Below, in pieces: positions 14,508-24,098 of a stretch of 53,883 nt of DNA (position 1 is the first letter of the stretch; every line of letters starts with the position of its first letter). Made by a program: the position numbers and the translations under genes. Source of the stretch: Bacilli bacterium. GTDB lineage: Bacteria; Bacillota_I; Bacilli_A; RFN20; CAG-826. Below the pieces are notes generated by a model, which saw nothing but the letters and a program-made list of their open reading frames with translations, was not told the DNA's origin and did no database searches. The stretch is from positions 1 to 53,883 of the forward strand of contig JAZLFA010000032.1 of NCBI GenBank assembly GCA_045615545.1, given 5' to 3'.

Positions 14508-16319
14508 ATGGAAGATAAGTTAATTCTTAATTTAGTGCACCGCCCTGAAATGGTGCCTGAATATGCTTTAAAAGCAGGAAACAAAGAAGATATCCTAAAA
14601 GAATCATTTGATATCTTTATTTTTCAACAAGAAACCGCACATAAAAATGGTTTAAAAACTACCATTCAAATGACATATGCTTCTTTATTTAATGAAGAAG
14701 CGGTAAAGATAGCGAAACATGACCATGATAAATATGGCGATGAAATCGCCTTATCTTTATTAGGTCTACCATGTAAAGAATTTAAGGAAAAATATCAAAC
14801 AGAAGAATTCTGTATTTGGTTATTCTCAGAAGAAGATAAAAGAATGATCATTGATGATGTATTTAATATGTTTTATGAAACATTTGGATTTTATCCCGCT
14901 TCCACTGGATCATATTTTTTAGATGCTTACACGATTAACTATATTAAGAAAAAATATCCAAGCGTAAAATGTGCGATTGCAACATGTTGGGAAGAAGGCC
15001 CAAAGGCCTATCACACATGCAATAACTCTTGGTACACATTTATGGATGGAGGTCCATGGAATCCTTGGATTCCTAGTAAGGATAATTCCCACTGCCCTGC
15101 GATGAATAAAAAAGATGATTCAGGTATCGTTGCAATTCCACATCTAAGTAGAGACTTAATTTGTTGTTTTGATGGCAATGGTTCCAATTTTGGAACCCAT
15201 CCTCAAAATGTCATTAGAGGAATGATTTATTACAAAGATGAAAACGATAAATGGCAATATCCTTATTTATATAATTTAATAGATCAATATAGACATTTAT
15301 CAAAATACAATAACGGATATAGCTATAACATGATGTTTGTCGGACCAGGATGGTTAAATAAAAAAGGTAGATGGGAAGCTCCATATGAATTACTTAAACA
15401 ATCATATGAAGATGGATGCGCATATTATGGTCAATTAAAAAGAGAAAATAAACTCATCGATATGACTATGAGCGAATTTGCGGATCATTACCGTAAAGTT
15501 CACCCTGACTATCACCGCGGAGAATGTGCGTTATGGAAAGATTTAATTTATGGAAGCAACAAACAATACTTCTGGTATATCGATCCATTCTTTAGAACAT
15601 GTTTAGACTTTAACCAAGGTGGAGCGATGATTGATTTAAGACCATATGTCGCACATGTACCTTATAAGTGCGGGGTTGGAACTGATCATATTTTTGATGC
15701 TTCTTATCCTTATTTAATTCAAGCAAATTACCGCGCGGGATTCTTCACTCACTATGCGGGAGCAGGTACTGTTAAAAGCGCTAAGATTAAGTATCATAAC
15801 AAGGAGGCTGACCTCTGTTTGACACGCACGCTCGCGAAGTTTGACGAATTACCAGATGGAAATATTTTGATTACAACTAATCCAGTAAATGTTGAATTAG
15901 ATGGTCTAAGTATAGATATTGTTTCTACCTTCTTATTTGTTAAAGGTGAAGGCAAAATCATTACCACAAGAAAAATACTAAATGACTTAAAAGGTGAAGA
16001 AATTGAAATTGAAGAATATATGACTGGAGCCTTCTCATTAACTGAATATCAACCAGATATGAGCAAATTAACATTAGGTGTTGATAATAAAGAAATAAAA
16101 TACGAGTACAAAGATCGTGAAGTTAAATTAGAAAATGCCAAGTTAGCGTATGTAAATATTCCAGACATCAATACTCGCATTGAATTAAATGCTATCGAAC
16201 CACTAACTTTATCAGTGCATGAAGGAATCGCCTTCTCACCTTGTTATAAGTTAGTCGCTAATAAAAAATTAAGTAAAGGAGAATTTGTCACATGCCTCAA
16301 GCTAAAAAGGGTAGACTAA
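14508..16319 (+). CDS. uncharacterised cytoplasmic ~600-aa protein, first gene of an operon with GH53
   Basis: Long ORF without a signal peptide. Start set at MEDKL (GAGG 9 nt upstream). I recognise no family motif. Confidence 0.75.
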   Translation: MEDKLILNLVHRPEMVPEYALKAGNKEDILKESFDIFIFQQETAHKNGLKTTIQMTYASLFNEEAVKIAKHDHDKYGDEIALSLLGLPCKEFKEKYQTEEFCIWLFSEEDKRMIIDDVFNMFYETFGFYPASTGSYFLDAYTINYIKKKYPSVKCAIATCWEEGPKAYHTCNNSWYTFMDGGPWNPWIPSKDNSHCPAMNKKDDSGIVAIPHLSRDLICCFDGNGSNFGTHPQNVIRGMIYYKDENDKWQYPYLYNLIDQYRHLSKYNNGYSYNMMFVGPGWLNKKGRWEAPYELLKQSYEDGCAYYGQLKRENKLIDMTMSEFADHYRKVHPDYHRGECALWKDLIYGSNKQYFWYIDPFFRTCLDFNQGGAMIDLRPYVAHVPYKCGVGTDHIFDASYPYLIQANYRAGFFTHYAGAGTVKSAKIKYHNKEADLCLTRTLAKFDELPDGNILITTNPVNVELDGLSIDIVSTFLFVKGEGKIITTRKILNDLKGEEIEIEEYMTGAFSLTEYQPDMSKLTLGVDNKEIKYEYKDREVKLENAKLAYVNIPDINTRIELNAIEPLTLSVHEGIAFSPCYKLVANKKLSKGEFVTCLKLKRVD

Positions 16320-16540
16320 ACTACCGATGCCCATGTTGCTTTGCTCGTGAGCTAGATATTGATATGTTTTATGATGAAACAAAAAAAGAATATTATTGCA
16401 TTCGTTGTAGCTATCACGGAAGCGAAGAAGAAGTTCTTAAATTAAATGAAGTAAATAAATATAAATACAAGAACTTAAAAAAGAGAGTTATCTCCTTTAA
16501 CCAAGATAATGAACCTATAACTTTTAAGGAGCATAAATAA
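16292..16540 (+). CDS. small zinc-ribbon protein (CxxC...CxxC)
   Basis: 82 aa with CPCC at residues 13-16 and CIRC. AGGAG lies upstream. It overlaps the previous gene by 28 nt and shares one nucleotide with the next start (TAATG). Confidence 0.55.
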   Translation: MPQAKKGRLNYRCPCCFARELDIDMFYDETKKEYYCIRCSYHGSEEEVLKLNEVNKYKYKNLKKRVISFNQDNEPITFKEHK

Positions 16541-17646
16541 TGGAACTTGGAATAGATATAGGTAGCTATTTTGACGAAAAGAAAGATCACGCAAAATACT
16601 ATATAAAAGGTAAGAAAGTAGATCCTATCCAAATCTTTAGAAATAATGGTTTAACATACGCTCGTATGAGACTTTGGGTTGATCCATATGATGAAAAAGG
16701 TCATCCATATGGAGGTGGAACCAATGATTTAAAACGTACACTTAAACTATCGAAAATATTACAAAAATATGGTTATAAAATTTTGTTAGATTTTCATTAT
16801 AGTGACTTCTGGGCAGACCCAGGAAAACAGATGATTCCTAAAGCTTGGGAAGGTTTAAATCTTGAACAATTAATCACAAAAGTTCATGATTATACATTAG
16901 AAATTTTAAAAGAATTTAAAAAAGACAAAATTGTTATTTCTGCAGTTCAAACAGGAAATGAAATTACCAATGGTACATTATGGCCATACGGTCAAATTAT
17001 CTATGATGAAAAAACAAATACCAGAAGCAACTATGATAGTTTATTTAAAATTTTAGAATCTGCTGGTAAAGCTGTAAGAGAATTTGATCCATCAATTAAA
17101 ATAGTGATTCATTTAGAAAGCGCGCATCAAAAGGAAAGATGGGCCGAATATTTCACATATATGATGAAACATCATTTAGACTTCGATATTGTTGGCAGTT
17201 CCTATTATCCATATTGGCATGGTAGCTTTGAACAATTCTTTGATAATATGGATAATATTACAAAAATTACAGGCAAACCTATTTGGGTAGTTGAATATGC
17301 ATATGGTTTTTCAGAAGCAGATTATATCGAAAACAATAATGGTATAGATGAAAACCATATGATTACTAACTTTGAAAGTGCATATATCCCTTATCCACTC
17401 ACTGTTGAAGGACAAAAAGAACACATAAAAACATTTTTAAGCCTTTGTAAGGCTCATAAATATATTGAAGCAATATTTTATTGGGAACCATTGTGGTTAC
17501 CTCGTAAACACACTTATTGGGCCACCCCTGAAGGAGAACATTATATACACGAAGATGGTAAATCTACTCGTAATGAGTGGTCTAACCAATGTTTATATGA
17601 TTATAAAGGTAACGCTCTTCCTGGCTTAGACGAATTTAAAATATAA
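16540..17646 (+). CDS. cytoplasmic GH53 arabinogalactan endo-beta-1,4-galactanase
   Basis: LDFHYSDFWADPGKQ, VQTGNEITNG and SSYYPYWHG motifs. No signal peptide. RBS AAGGAG. Confidence 0.85.
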   Translation: MELGIDIGSYFDEKKDHAKYYIKGKKVDPIQIFRNNGLTYARMRLWVDPYDEKGHPYGGGTNDLKRTLKLSKILQKYGYKILLDFHYSDFWADPGKQMIPKAWEGLNLEQLITKVHDYTLEILKEFKKDKIVISAVQTGNEITNGTLWPYGQIIYDEKTNTRSNYDSLFKILESAGKAVREFDPSIKIVIHLESAHQKERWAEYFTYMMKHHLDFDIVGSSYYPYWHGSFEQFFDNMDNITKITGKPIWVVEYAYGFSEADYIENNNGIDENHMITNFESAYIPYPLTVEGQKEHIKTFLSLCKAHKYIEAIFYWEPLWLPRKHTYWATPEGEHYIHEDGKSTRNEWSNQCLYDYKGNALPGLDEFKI

Positions 17647-17666
17647 TTTTTATCAAGTAAGATAAG

Positions 17667-17694
17667 AAAAAAAGAGATGTAAACATCTCTTTTT
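17667..17694. terminator. bidirectional intrinsic terminator between convergent genes
   Basis: AAGAGATG-TAAA-CATCTCTT flanked by an A-run on the left and a T-run on the right. Confidence 0.75.
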
Positions 17695-17714
17695 AAGGTT
17701 TATATTGTAGATTT

Positions 17715-20700
17715 CTAGAAATGAATTTCTATCGCGACACTATCGCCAGAGCCATCTCGAGCAGTGATCACAATAAAGAGGGTATAGCCTTCTTCTTCGT
17801 TTTCAGCGATATATTGATTCACTTCTTCTTTTGGAATAATTAAAGTACCAGTTGTTAGTATATAACAAGAAAGTTCTTGTCCTTCCACTATGATAGTAAT
17901 GAATCTTTGTAAGCGGCCATATAAGCCAATTTCATCTAAATCAAGTGTAGCCTTATCCTCAGCGAAAACAAGTTCACCATCTTCGTTATAACTGCCATAC
18001 GCTAATGAAACTTCATAATTTTGTAAATTGAAATATTCATAACCATTTAACGAACCATAGGCTAATAGATAGTAATCCGCAAGATTAATATCACCACGTA
18101 CAGTAAATTGATCAGCTAAATTGGTGACATTTTGAACGATTGGTAAGTGATCAGTATCATATCTTTCGCCACATTCACGGCAGACATAATAGACTTCGCC
18201 TGTTTCTTCATCATATTCGCGAGAAAGAGAATGATATCCGTGCCCACATACTTGGTATGAAACATTATGACAATTTTCACATACATACACTTCAATAGGT
18301 TCAACTAATTGACAGTTATCTACTTCGCTACTGCCTGGAACATCAGCAACCTTTATATTATCATGGTTATAGATGTAATGATGATACACATCGATAACGG
18401 TGCCACATTCTACACAAATGTAATGGTATGTTTCAACTGTTTCACATCCATGAGCTTCGCTCGATACAAGAACTTCCTCGACATCATGAAGTCCGTGAAC
18501 GTGAATCGCATTAGTGAATGAGAATAATTTCTCATCGTCAATAGAAACGGTGACGATTTCATTCTTACAGCAATCGTGTCCACCACGTGACTTATATTGA
18601 TAAGCAATCTTCATATTGCCAAATGTATAAGTATAGTTGGTGATAGTTTCGTCTTTACGATAACGTAAATTAATTCCATAACCACTATATTCATCCATAT
18701 ATTGATATCCAAATGGATTGGTTAGATCGAGAGCGTAAATAGAACCATCTTCAATTCTAAGTAAATGGCCTCTTGCTTCTTCATTCATGGATGAATAAGA
18801 TAATACGCCTTCAAAGAAAGATGAACCATAGTCATCATAAGTTGAACGATAAACCTCATCTCCACAGATATCGCAAGTGCCCTTGTAGAAGTGTCTATCG
18901 GAACCACTAGAATAAGTATAACCATAATGGCGGTTATATTCTCTTTCTGAGATAGAAACATATTTATATAAATGTCCGTCTAATAAACGAGTGTTAACGA
19001 CTTCCATCTCATTAGAAACATAATCATAGACAAATGTTACTTCTTGATTGATAAGAGGAATTGTATCTTCTAAGACAAAATCAGGTGTTACGTAATCAAG
19101 TCTTGCATGGCAAGTGATTTCGCGTCCATAGAGTTCACCGTCTTTAAATGATGTAATTCCATGTTGGTCTTCGATTACTCTATATGGGTTTTCAAGTTGA
19201 TAACTTTCGATAGCAATAACCACTCTTGCTTTTTCCGCAATACGATCATCATAATCATGGTCACCATAACAAGTCGCAAGAGGGAAGTTAGTCATTTCTT
19301 CACTTCGATAGTAAATTTCTTTTCTTCCTTCTTCGCTATATCTTTCAAAGCTAACCCCATAAGTAGCATCTAAATATTCTTTGATATAGTCGTGTTTTGT
19401 CAAATCAAACGCATCTTCCACAGCATCCACTTTAGTTTTTAAAGTGTTGAATGAAGCTCTTACTTCTTCTTCATTAACATTGGTGTTAGCATTTAAACTA
19501 ACATCCATTTCATCATAAGAAGAAGAAGCAACTTCTTCGATATTTTGCATATTTAAGACTAGGCTAATGAATTGACCTTCGCTAGTTGCACGAAGGGAAA
19601 ATTCCACATTTTCCTTAGCAAAACTAATATATTCTTTAATCGTTCCTTTAAATTCAGTAGGAGTAATTTCTTCTGGAAGAGCGTCAAAATTTTGTAAGAG
19701 TTCTAAAACAGTCATCTCTTTAAATGTTTGGATATATTGATCAATTGTGTCGAACTTATCAAATGGTTCGCCAAGAAGTCCAGCGAGCAATTGACTACCA
19801 GTAGCCTTTAACATTTCTTCATTAAAGATATCATCAAATTTTGGAATGCTGCCCATACTAACAGCGTTTGCAAATGCTAGGATCTCTTTTACATCAAATC
19901 CTTTGCTAGATAAGTATTCAAGTGATTCTTCAATTGTCTTTGTATAGAAATCTCTAAGGAAGTTATATACACTTTCAAAACTTCCTTCACCAAATAAGCG
20001 ATCGAATTCTTTATCTAATTTATCTTCAGTTAATGAATTAACGAATTCTTCAATCTTATCAAAGTCTAATTCAATAATTGCTTGTTGATTTTCTATAGTC
20101 TTCTTGAAGAAGTTATTTTCTAATAATTTCTCAAAGATAGTAACAAAATTGTTAATTGATTTTGGTGCCGCTTGTAGTTGAGAGACAATATTTCTAATAA
20201 TCATTAGAGTAGTGTCACTACGTTTACCAGTACTACTATAGGAGAAGTTATCAATAATATAAGATTCTTCAACTCGGTTTCCAAAAGTATTTCTAGAAGC
20301 CATTAACATATTGTCTTTATCACTAAATAAGAGATCAATCATCATTGATTCTTTTTGAGTGATGTCTTCCATGCTCATAGAAACAGTTTCATCAAAATGG
20401 ATATTACCATTAGCAATAGAAGTAAGTAGGCTCATCAAGAAATCTTGCTTTTCTTCTGGCACAAGTGGAAGTTCACTTCTAGTCACTTCTTCACATACAT
20501 CACAGTGATATTCAATGTATCCATGCTCAGTGGTTGTGCTTGGTACAGTTGAGTGATAAACAAAGTGGTGATCAACTAGAGGTAATTCACTAACAAAGTT
20601 TTCACCACATCTAGTACACATTTTCACTACTTTACCGTGTTGAGCACAAGTAGAATCAACAGTTTTAGTTGTAATAAGGTTATGGCCAAATAAAGCACAA

Positions 20701-21701
20701 GCTTTTTCTTTATCCATCTTCACTACCGCATAATATGAGAAGTGATTGGTGTTAAATGTAATTTGACCATTACTATATTTAGCTTCGAAGTGTTCAAGAG
20801 CACCAGTTGCTTCGTTAATATAAGCAATAGCAATTTTCTCTGGGTCTTCCCCTTCTTTTAATGTATATGGAATAGAAATAGAAACACTACCGGAGAATTC
20901 GTGAACGTCATTTTCCCCATCTTTCATCGTAAAGTCAAATACAGGAGCGTCTTTAAGTAACTCCTTATCTTCTTCTTTGACTAATGCTTGAGCGGCAGCA
21001 GAATCAACTTTTTCAGCCCCGATAGTAACATTATTTTCTAAACCCGCGATTGCGTCATCGTCTAGTGATATTGTTGCTTCTTTAAGTGCAACACTACCAA
21101 CATTAGCAAAAACATCAATGTCAAGTTCAGTAGTGGTTTCTTCTTTTGCATCAACGACACTAAACTCAGCATGACAGCCTTCATTTAAACATTTGTGTGT
21201 TGTTACTCCACCAAATAGAGTTCCTTCATCCCATTTATGCGCGTCAGCGTTCATAAAGCTAACTTCATAATGTTCTGCGCATTTAGAACAGGTGTAAAGC
21301 ATAACGCCATCTTCTTGACATGTGGCTTCTTTTTTAACGCTAGCCACAAAAGTGTGAGGAATAACATCATCACTAACATCGATGTATTGATAATCACACC
21401 CCTTACACTTATAAACGGTTTGGGTTCCCTTATCGCAACACGCAGGAATGGTTTCGATAATTTCAAAAGAGTGGGCTGTTCTATTTTTAGTTTCGCCACA
21501 GGCACACTCCTCCCAGTGTTCATCCTCGTCATGTTGAATAACAAAGTTATGGTTATGATCTTCGCTTTTACTACTTGATGTTTGACTTGTAGAAGAGGAA
21601 GAAGGTCCACTGCTATTTCCTCCACTACATCCTACTAAAGAACTAGTTAGGAGTAATAATAAAGGAAGAGAATGAGCAATAATTTTTGAATGTTTTTTCA
21701 T
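17715..21701 (-). CDS. 1328-aa lipoprotein with Cys-rich zinc-ribbon-like modules at both ends
   Basis: Lipobox SLVGC plus a Ser-rich linker. Many CxxC pairs in the N-terminal ~400 aa and C-terminal ~300 aa. The central region is Cys-free and helical. RBS AAGGAGA. Confidence 0.85.
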   Translation of the reverse strand: MKKHSKIIAHSLPLLLLLTSSLVGCSGGNSSGPSSSSTSQTSSSKSEDHNHNFVIQHDEDEHWEECACGETKNRTAHSFEIIETIPACCDKGTQTVYKCKGCDYQYIDVSDDVIPHTFVASVKKEATCQEDGVMLYTCSKCAEHYEVSFMNADAHKWDEGTLFGGVTTHKCLNEGCHAEFSVVDAKEETTTELDIDVFANVGSVALKEATISLDDDAIAGLENNVTIGAEKVDSAAAQALVKEEDKELLKDAPVFDFTMKDGENDVHEFSGSVSISIPYTLKEGEDPEKIAIAYINEATGALEHFEAKYSNGQITFNTNHFSYYAVVKMDKEKACALFGHNLITTKTVDSTCAQHGKVVKMCTRCGENFVSELPLVDHHFVYHSTVPSTTTEHGYIEYHCDVCEEVTRSELPLVPEEKQDFLMSLLTSIANGNIHFDETVSMSMEDITQKESMMIDLLFSDKDNMLMASRNTFGNRVEESYIIDNFSYSSTGKRSDTTLMIIRNIVSQLQAAPKSINNFVTIFEKLLENNFFKKTIENQQAIIELDFDKIEEFVNSLTEDKLDKEFDRLFGEGSFESVYNFLRDFYTKTIEESLEYLSSKGFDVKEILAFANAVSMGSIPKFDDIFNEEMLKATGSQLLAGLLGEPFDKFDTIDQYIQTFKEMTVLELLQNFDALPEEITPTEFKGTIKEYISFAKENVEFSLRATSEGQFISLVLNMQNIEEVASSSYDEMDVSLNANTNVNEEEVRASFNTLKTKVDAVEDAFDLTKHDYIKEYLDATYGVSFERYSEEGRKEIYYRSEEMTNFPLATCYGDHDYDDRIAEKARVVIAIESYQLENPYRVIEDQHGITSFKDGELYGREITCHARLDYVTPDFVLEDTIPLINQEVTFVYDYVSNEMEVVNTRLLDGHLYKYVSISEREYNRHYGYTYSSGSDRHFYKGTCDICGDEVYRSTYDDYGSSFFEGVLSYSSMNEEARGHLLRIEDGSIYALDLTNPFGYQYMDEYSGYGINLRYRKDETITNYTYTFGNMKIAYQYKSRGGHDCCKNEIVTVSIDDEKLFSFTNAIHVHGLHDVEEVLVSSEAHGCETVETYHYICVECGTVIDVYHHYIYNHDNIKVADVPGSSEVDNCQLVEPIEVYVCENCHNVSYQVCGHGYHSLSREYDEETGEVYYVCRECGERYDTDHLPIVQNVTNLADQFTVRGDINLADYYLLAYGSLNGYEYFNLQNYEVSLAYGSYNEDGELVFAEDKATLDLDEIGLYGRLQRFITIIVEGQELSCYILTTGTLIIPKEEVNQYIAENEEEGYTLFIVITARDGSGDSVAIEIHF

Positions 21702-21802
21702 TCAATTTCTCCTTTCTGGTATAAATACCTTTTTTATAAAATCCCTAGGATCTATAAACTAATGATTCATTGATTCAGTAATAAATACCGAAGCTTTATG
21801 TT

Positions 21803-22420
21803 TTAATTCGTTTTTGAACTAATGTTTAGTTTTTGGAATATGTGTTTCATATGAGTCTTAATTGTCTCTTTGCTCGCAAATAGTTTTGCAGTGATTTCTT
21901 TTCTTCTAAAGCCTTTAAGCATTAATGAGTAACTTCTTTTTCTCTATTGGTTAAGTCATTATCCGCAAACATTTGATCGATTAATTCGATTAAGTTATGT
22001 GTATCTAGGAAGTATAAAGACTCGTACGAGTTAGTGTTGACAGTTTCTAAGTCGACATTATCAATTGTCAACGTGTATTTATTATTCACATTGTATCATC
22101 TTCAAATGTGAAAATCACACTGCAAAGATCAAACACTCCATTTTTAAGTAAATGATTATAGATAAATAACAATATAATCTCTGTTACTACATAAGATGCG
22201 GATAGATACTTTGCGGAATGTGGTAATAGTCTTTCTAATAACCACAAAAGCACATTTACCACAACGATACAAATCAAAAGAGCGGAGTATTTCTTTGAAG
22301 ATATCTTTTTGAAGATATCTTTTTATTTATTAACGCGTAAGCGGCGAGCCCAATAAAGATAACTGCATTCACAACAATATAAGCGGTATTTAATAATGAA
22401 AATATTTACGAAAAAATGGA
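21803..22420 (-). pseudogene. decayed membrane-tethered LuxR-type (HTH_GerE) regulator
   Basis: Pieces lie in three frames: TM-rich ..TAYIVVNAVIFIGLAAYALINKK.., then LICIVVVNVLLWLL..., then VNNKYTLT...DLTNREKEV, then SLMLKGFRRKEITAKLFASKETIKTHMKHIFQKLNISSKTN*. No intact start. The 5' limit is approximate. Confidence 0.65.
22297..22324. repeat. perfect 14-bp tandem duplication (GAAGATATCTTTTT x2)
   Basis: Read directly. Deleting one copy restores the frame between the two N-terminal pieces of the LuxR-type pseudogene. Confidence 0.9.
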
Positions 22421-22482
22421 GAAATAATATCACCCGATAGATAAATAATTCACCTCTATGGGGTAAGGATTTTTTATGGAAA

Positions 22483-24090
22483 TTATTTTAAAATTACAGT
22501 GCTACCCGCACCAAGACGAAGTTTTCCATCTTTTAAACTAGGAATACGATGTGTCGTGTTAATTGTGTCTACAATTTCAACTCCTGGAGAAGTAACTTCT
22601 ACGTTATATTGGTTGAAATTATGAACAACAATAATATATTCGTCATTTAAATATAATTTATACGCGACGACATGTTTATCATCTGTTTCTAAACTTGGAA
22701 CCATATTAGAGAAATGGGCGAGTTTAATAAATGGATACTTATTTCTAACATTAATTGCTTTCTTATAATGGTTAAGTAATGAGAATGGATCTTTAAGTTG
22801 ATCTTCAACACCTAACTTAACTTGGTCATTATATGAAAGATCTGGTCTAGTCCATTCTGGGAAATCACATTCACCAGTCTTGTCAGTTTCACTCCAAACC
22901 ATAGGAAGCCTTCTACGAACATCACTATAATCATCAGGTGATGTTTTTCTTTTTCCAAGCATCGCGATTTCTTCTCCGTAATACATAAACGATGTGCCAG
23001 GCATAAGGGCTAATAAGCTAGCAGCGCATTTAGTTCTATCATCATTAATTTTAGAAGAGACTCTATCTTGATCATGATTACTCAAATAATAAGATGAGTA
23101 TCCATTTGGATTATATGATTTAATTCTATTTTCGTAATTTTCTAAATCACTAACGACATTTTTAGCAATTGTTCCACCTTTTGCAGTAGGCACTAATAAA
23201 GCATTTCCACCACCACTAATGGAACTACCATATTTAAAGAACGATGGACATTCACTCTTATAGTAATCCGCGACAATTGAGTCCGCACTTAAACATTCTC
23301 CAACCATATAAAAGTTTGGATCATATTTTCTTGTTGTACGTGTAAGCCATGTCAAAAATTCATTATTTTTTGTGACATTTAATGCGTAATAATGTTGAGC
23401 GGCATCAAGCCTAAAACCTTTAACTCCGTGATCTTTTATCCAGAATTTGCAGATTTTTTCAATTTCTGCTCTTAATGAAACACTATCTAAATTAAAGTTA
23501 ATCATGTCGCCAGTAAAGTCACTTTGAAAGAAAATATCTTTGTAAGGATGGCCACTAGTTAATGACCATTCAAACCAATCAGCTTTACTTCCATCTCCCG
23601 TTCTGCCAGCTTTTAAATCTTGATAGGATTCTTCTACCCAAGCATTGCTAGGGGAACAATGGTTAATAACAAAATCTAACATGATGTCTATGTTATTTCT
23701 TTTTGCTTCTTCTATCATCGAATCAAAATCCGCTAATGTACCAAAATCAGGATGAACGCTGTAATAGTCAACAACATCATATCCATGATAAGAAATTGAA
23801 CGATGTATAGGCATAAGCCATACGGTTTTAATTCCTAAACTTGCTAAATATGAAAGTTTAACCTTAACACCATTAAAATCACCAATTCCGTTTTTATCAG
23901 TATCAAAGAAACTTCTTACAAATAATTCATATGACATAGAACCGTTTTCATTAGAAACAGTGTCATCTATATCGTATTTTTCACTTGTATCAATCTTTAA
24001 AGGAAGCGGATCATCATCAACTGGAGTTGGTTTACTACAACCGGCTATAATCATAGGCAAAATGCATAAACAAAATAATCTTCTATTCAT
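22483..24090 (-). CDS. GH13 alpha-amylase family lipoprotein
   Basis: Lipobox IIAGC. DFVINH, GFRLDAAQH, VGEC, YLSNHDQDR. RBS AGGAGG. Confidence 0.85.
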   Translation of the reverse strand: MNRRLFCLCILPMIIAGCSKPTPVDDDPLPLKIDTSEKYDIDDTVSNENGSMSYELFVRSFFDTDKNGIGDFNGVKVKLSYLASLGIKTVWLMPIHRSISYHGYDVVDYYSVHPDFGTLADFDSMIEEAKRNNIDIMLDFVINHCSPSNAWVEESYQDLKAGRTGDGSKADWFEWSLTSGHPYKDIFFQSDFTGDMINFNLDSVSLRAEIEKICKFWIKDHGVKGFRLDAAQHYYALNVTKNNEFLTWLTRTTRKYDPNFYMVGECLSADSIVADYYKSECPSFFKYGSSISGGGNALLVPTAKGGTIAKNVVSDLENYENRIKSYNPNGYSSYYLSNHDQDRVSSKINDDRTKCAASLLALMPGTSFMYYGEEIAMLGKRKTSPDDYSDVRRRLPMVWSETDKTGECDFPEWTRPDLSYNDQVKLGVEDQLKDPFSLLNHYKKAINVRNKYPFIKLAHFSNMVPSLETDDKHVVAYKLYLNDEYIIVVHNFNQYNVEVTSPGVEIVDTINTTHRIPSLKDGKLRLGAGSTVILK

Positions 24091-24098
24091 ATGTCCTC

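Noticed and set aside
14342-14584. 80-aa minus-strand ORF spanning the divergent intergenic region
   Set aside because: It overlaps the start of the plus-strand ~600-aa gene and runs through the terminator hairpin. Its composition is Ile/Phe/Lys junk. The region is better explained as promoters plus a terminator.
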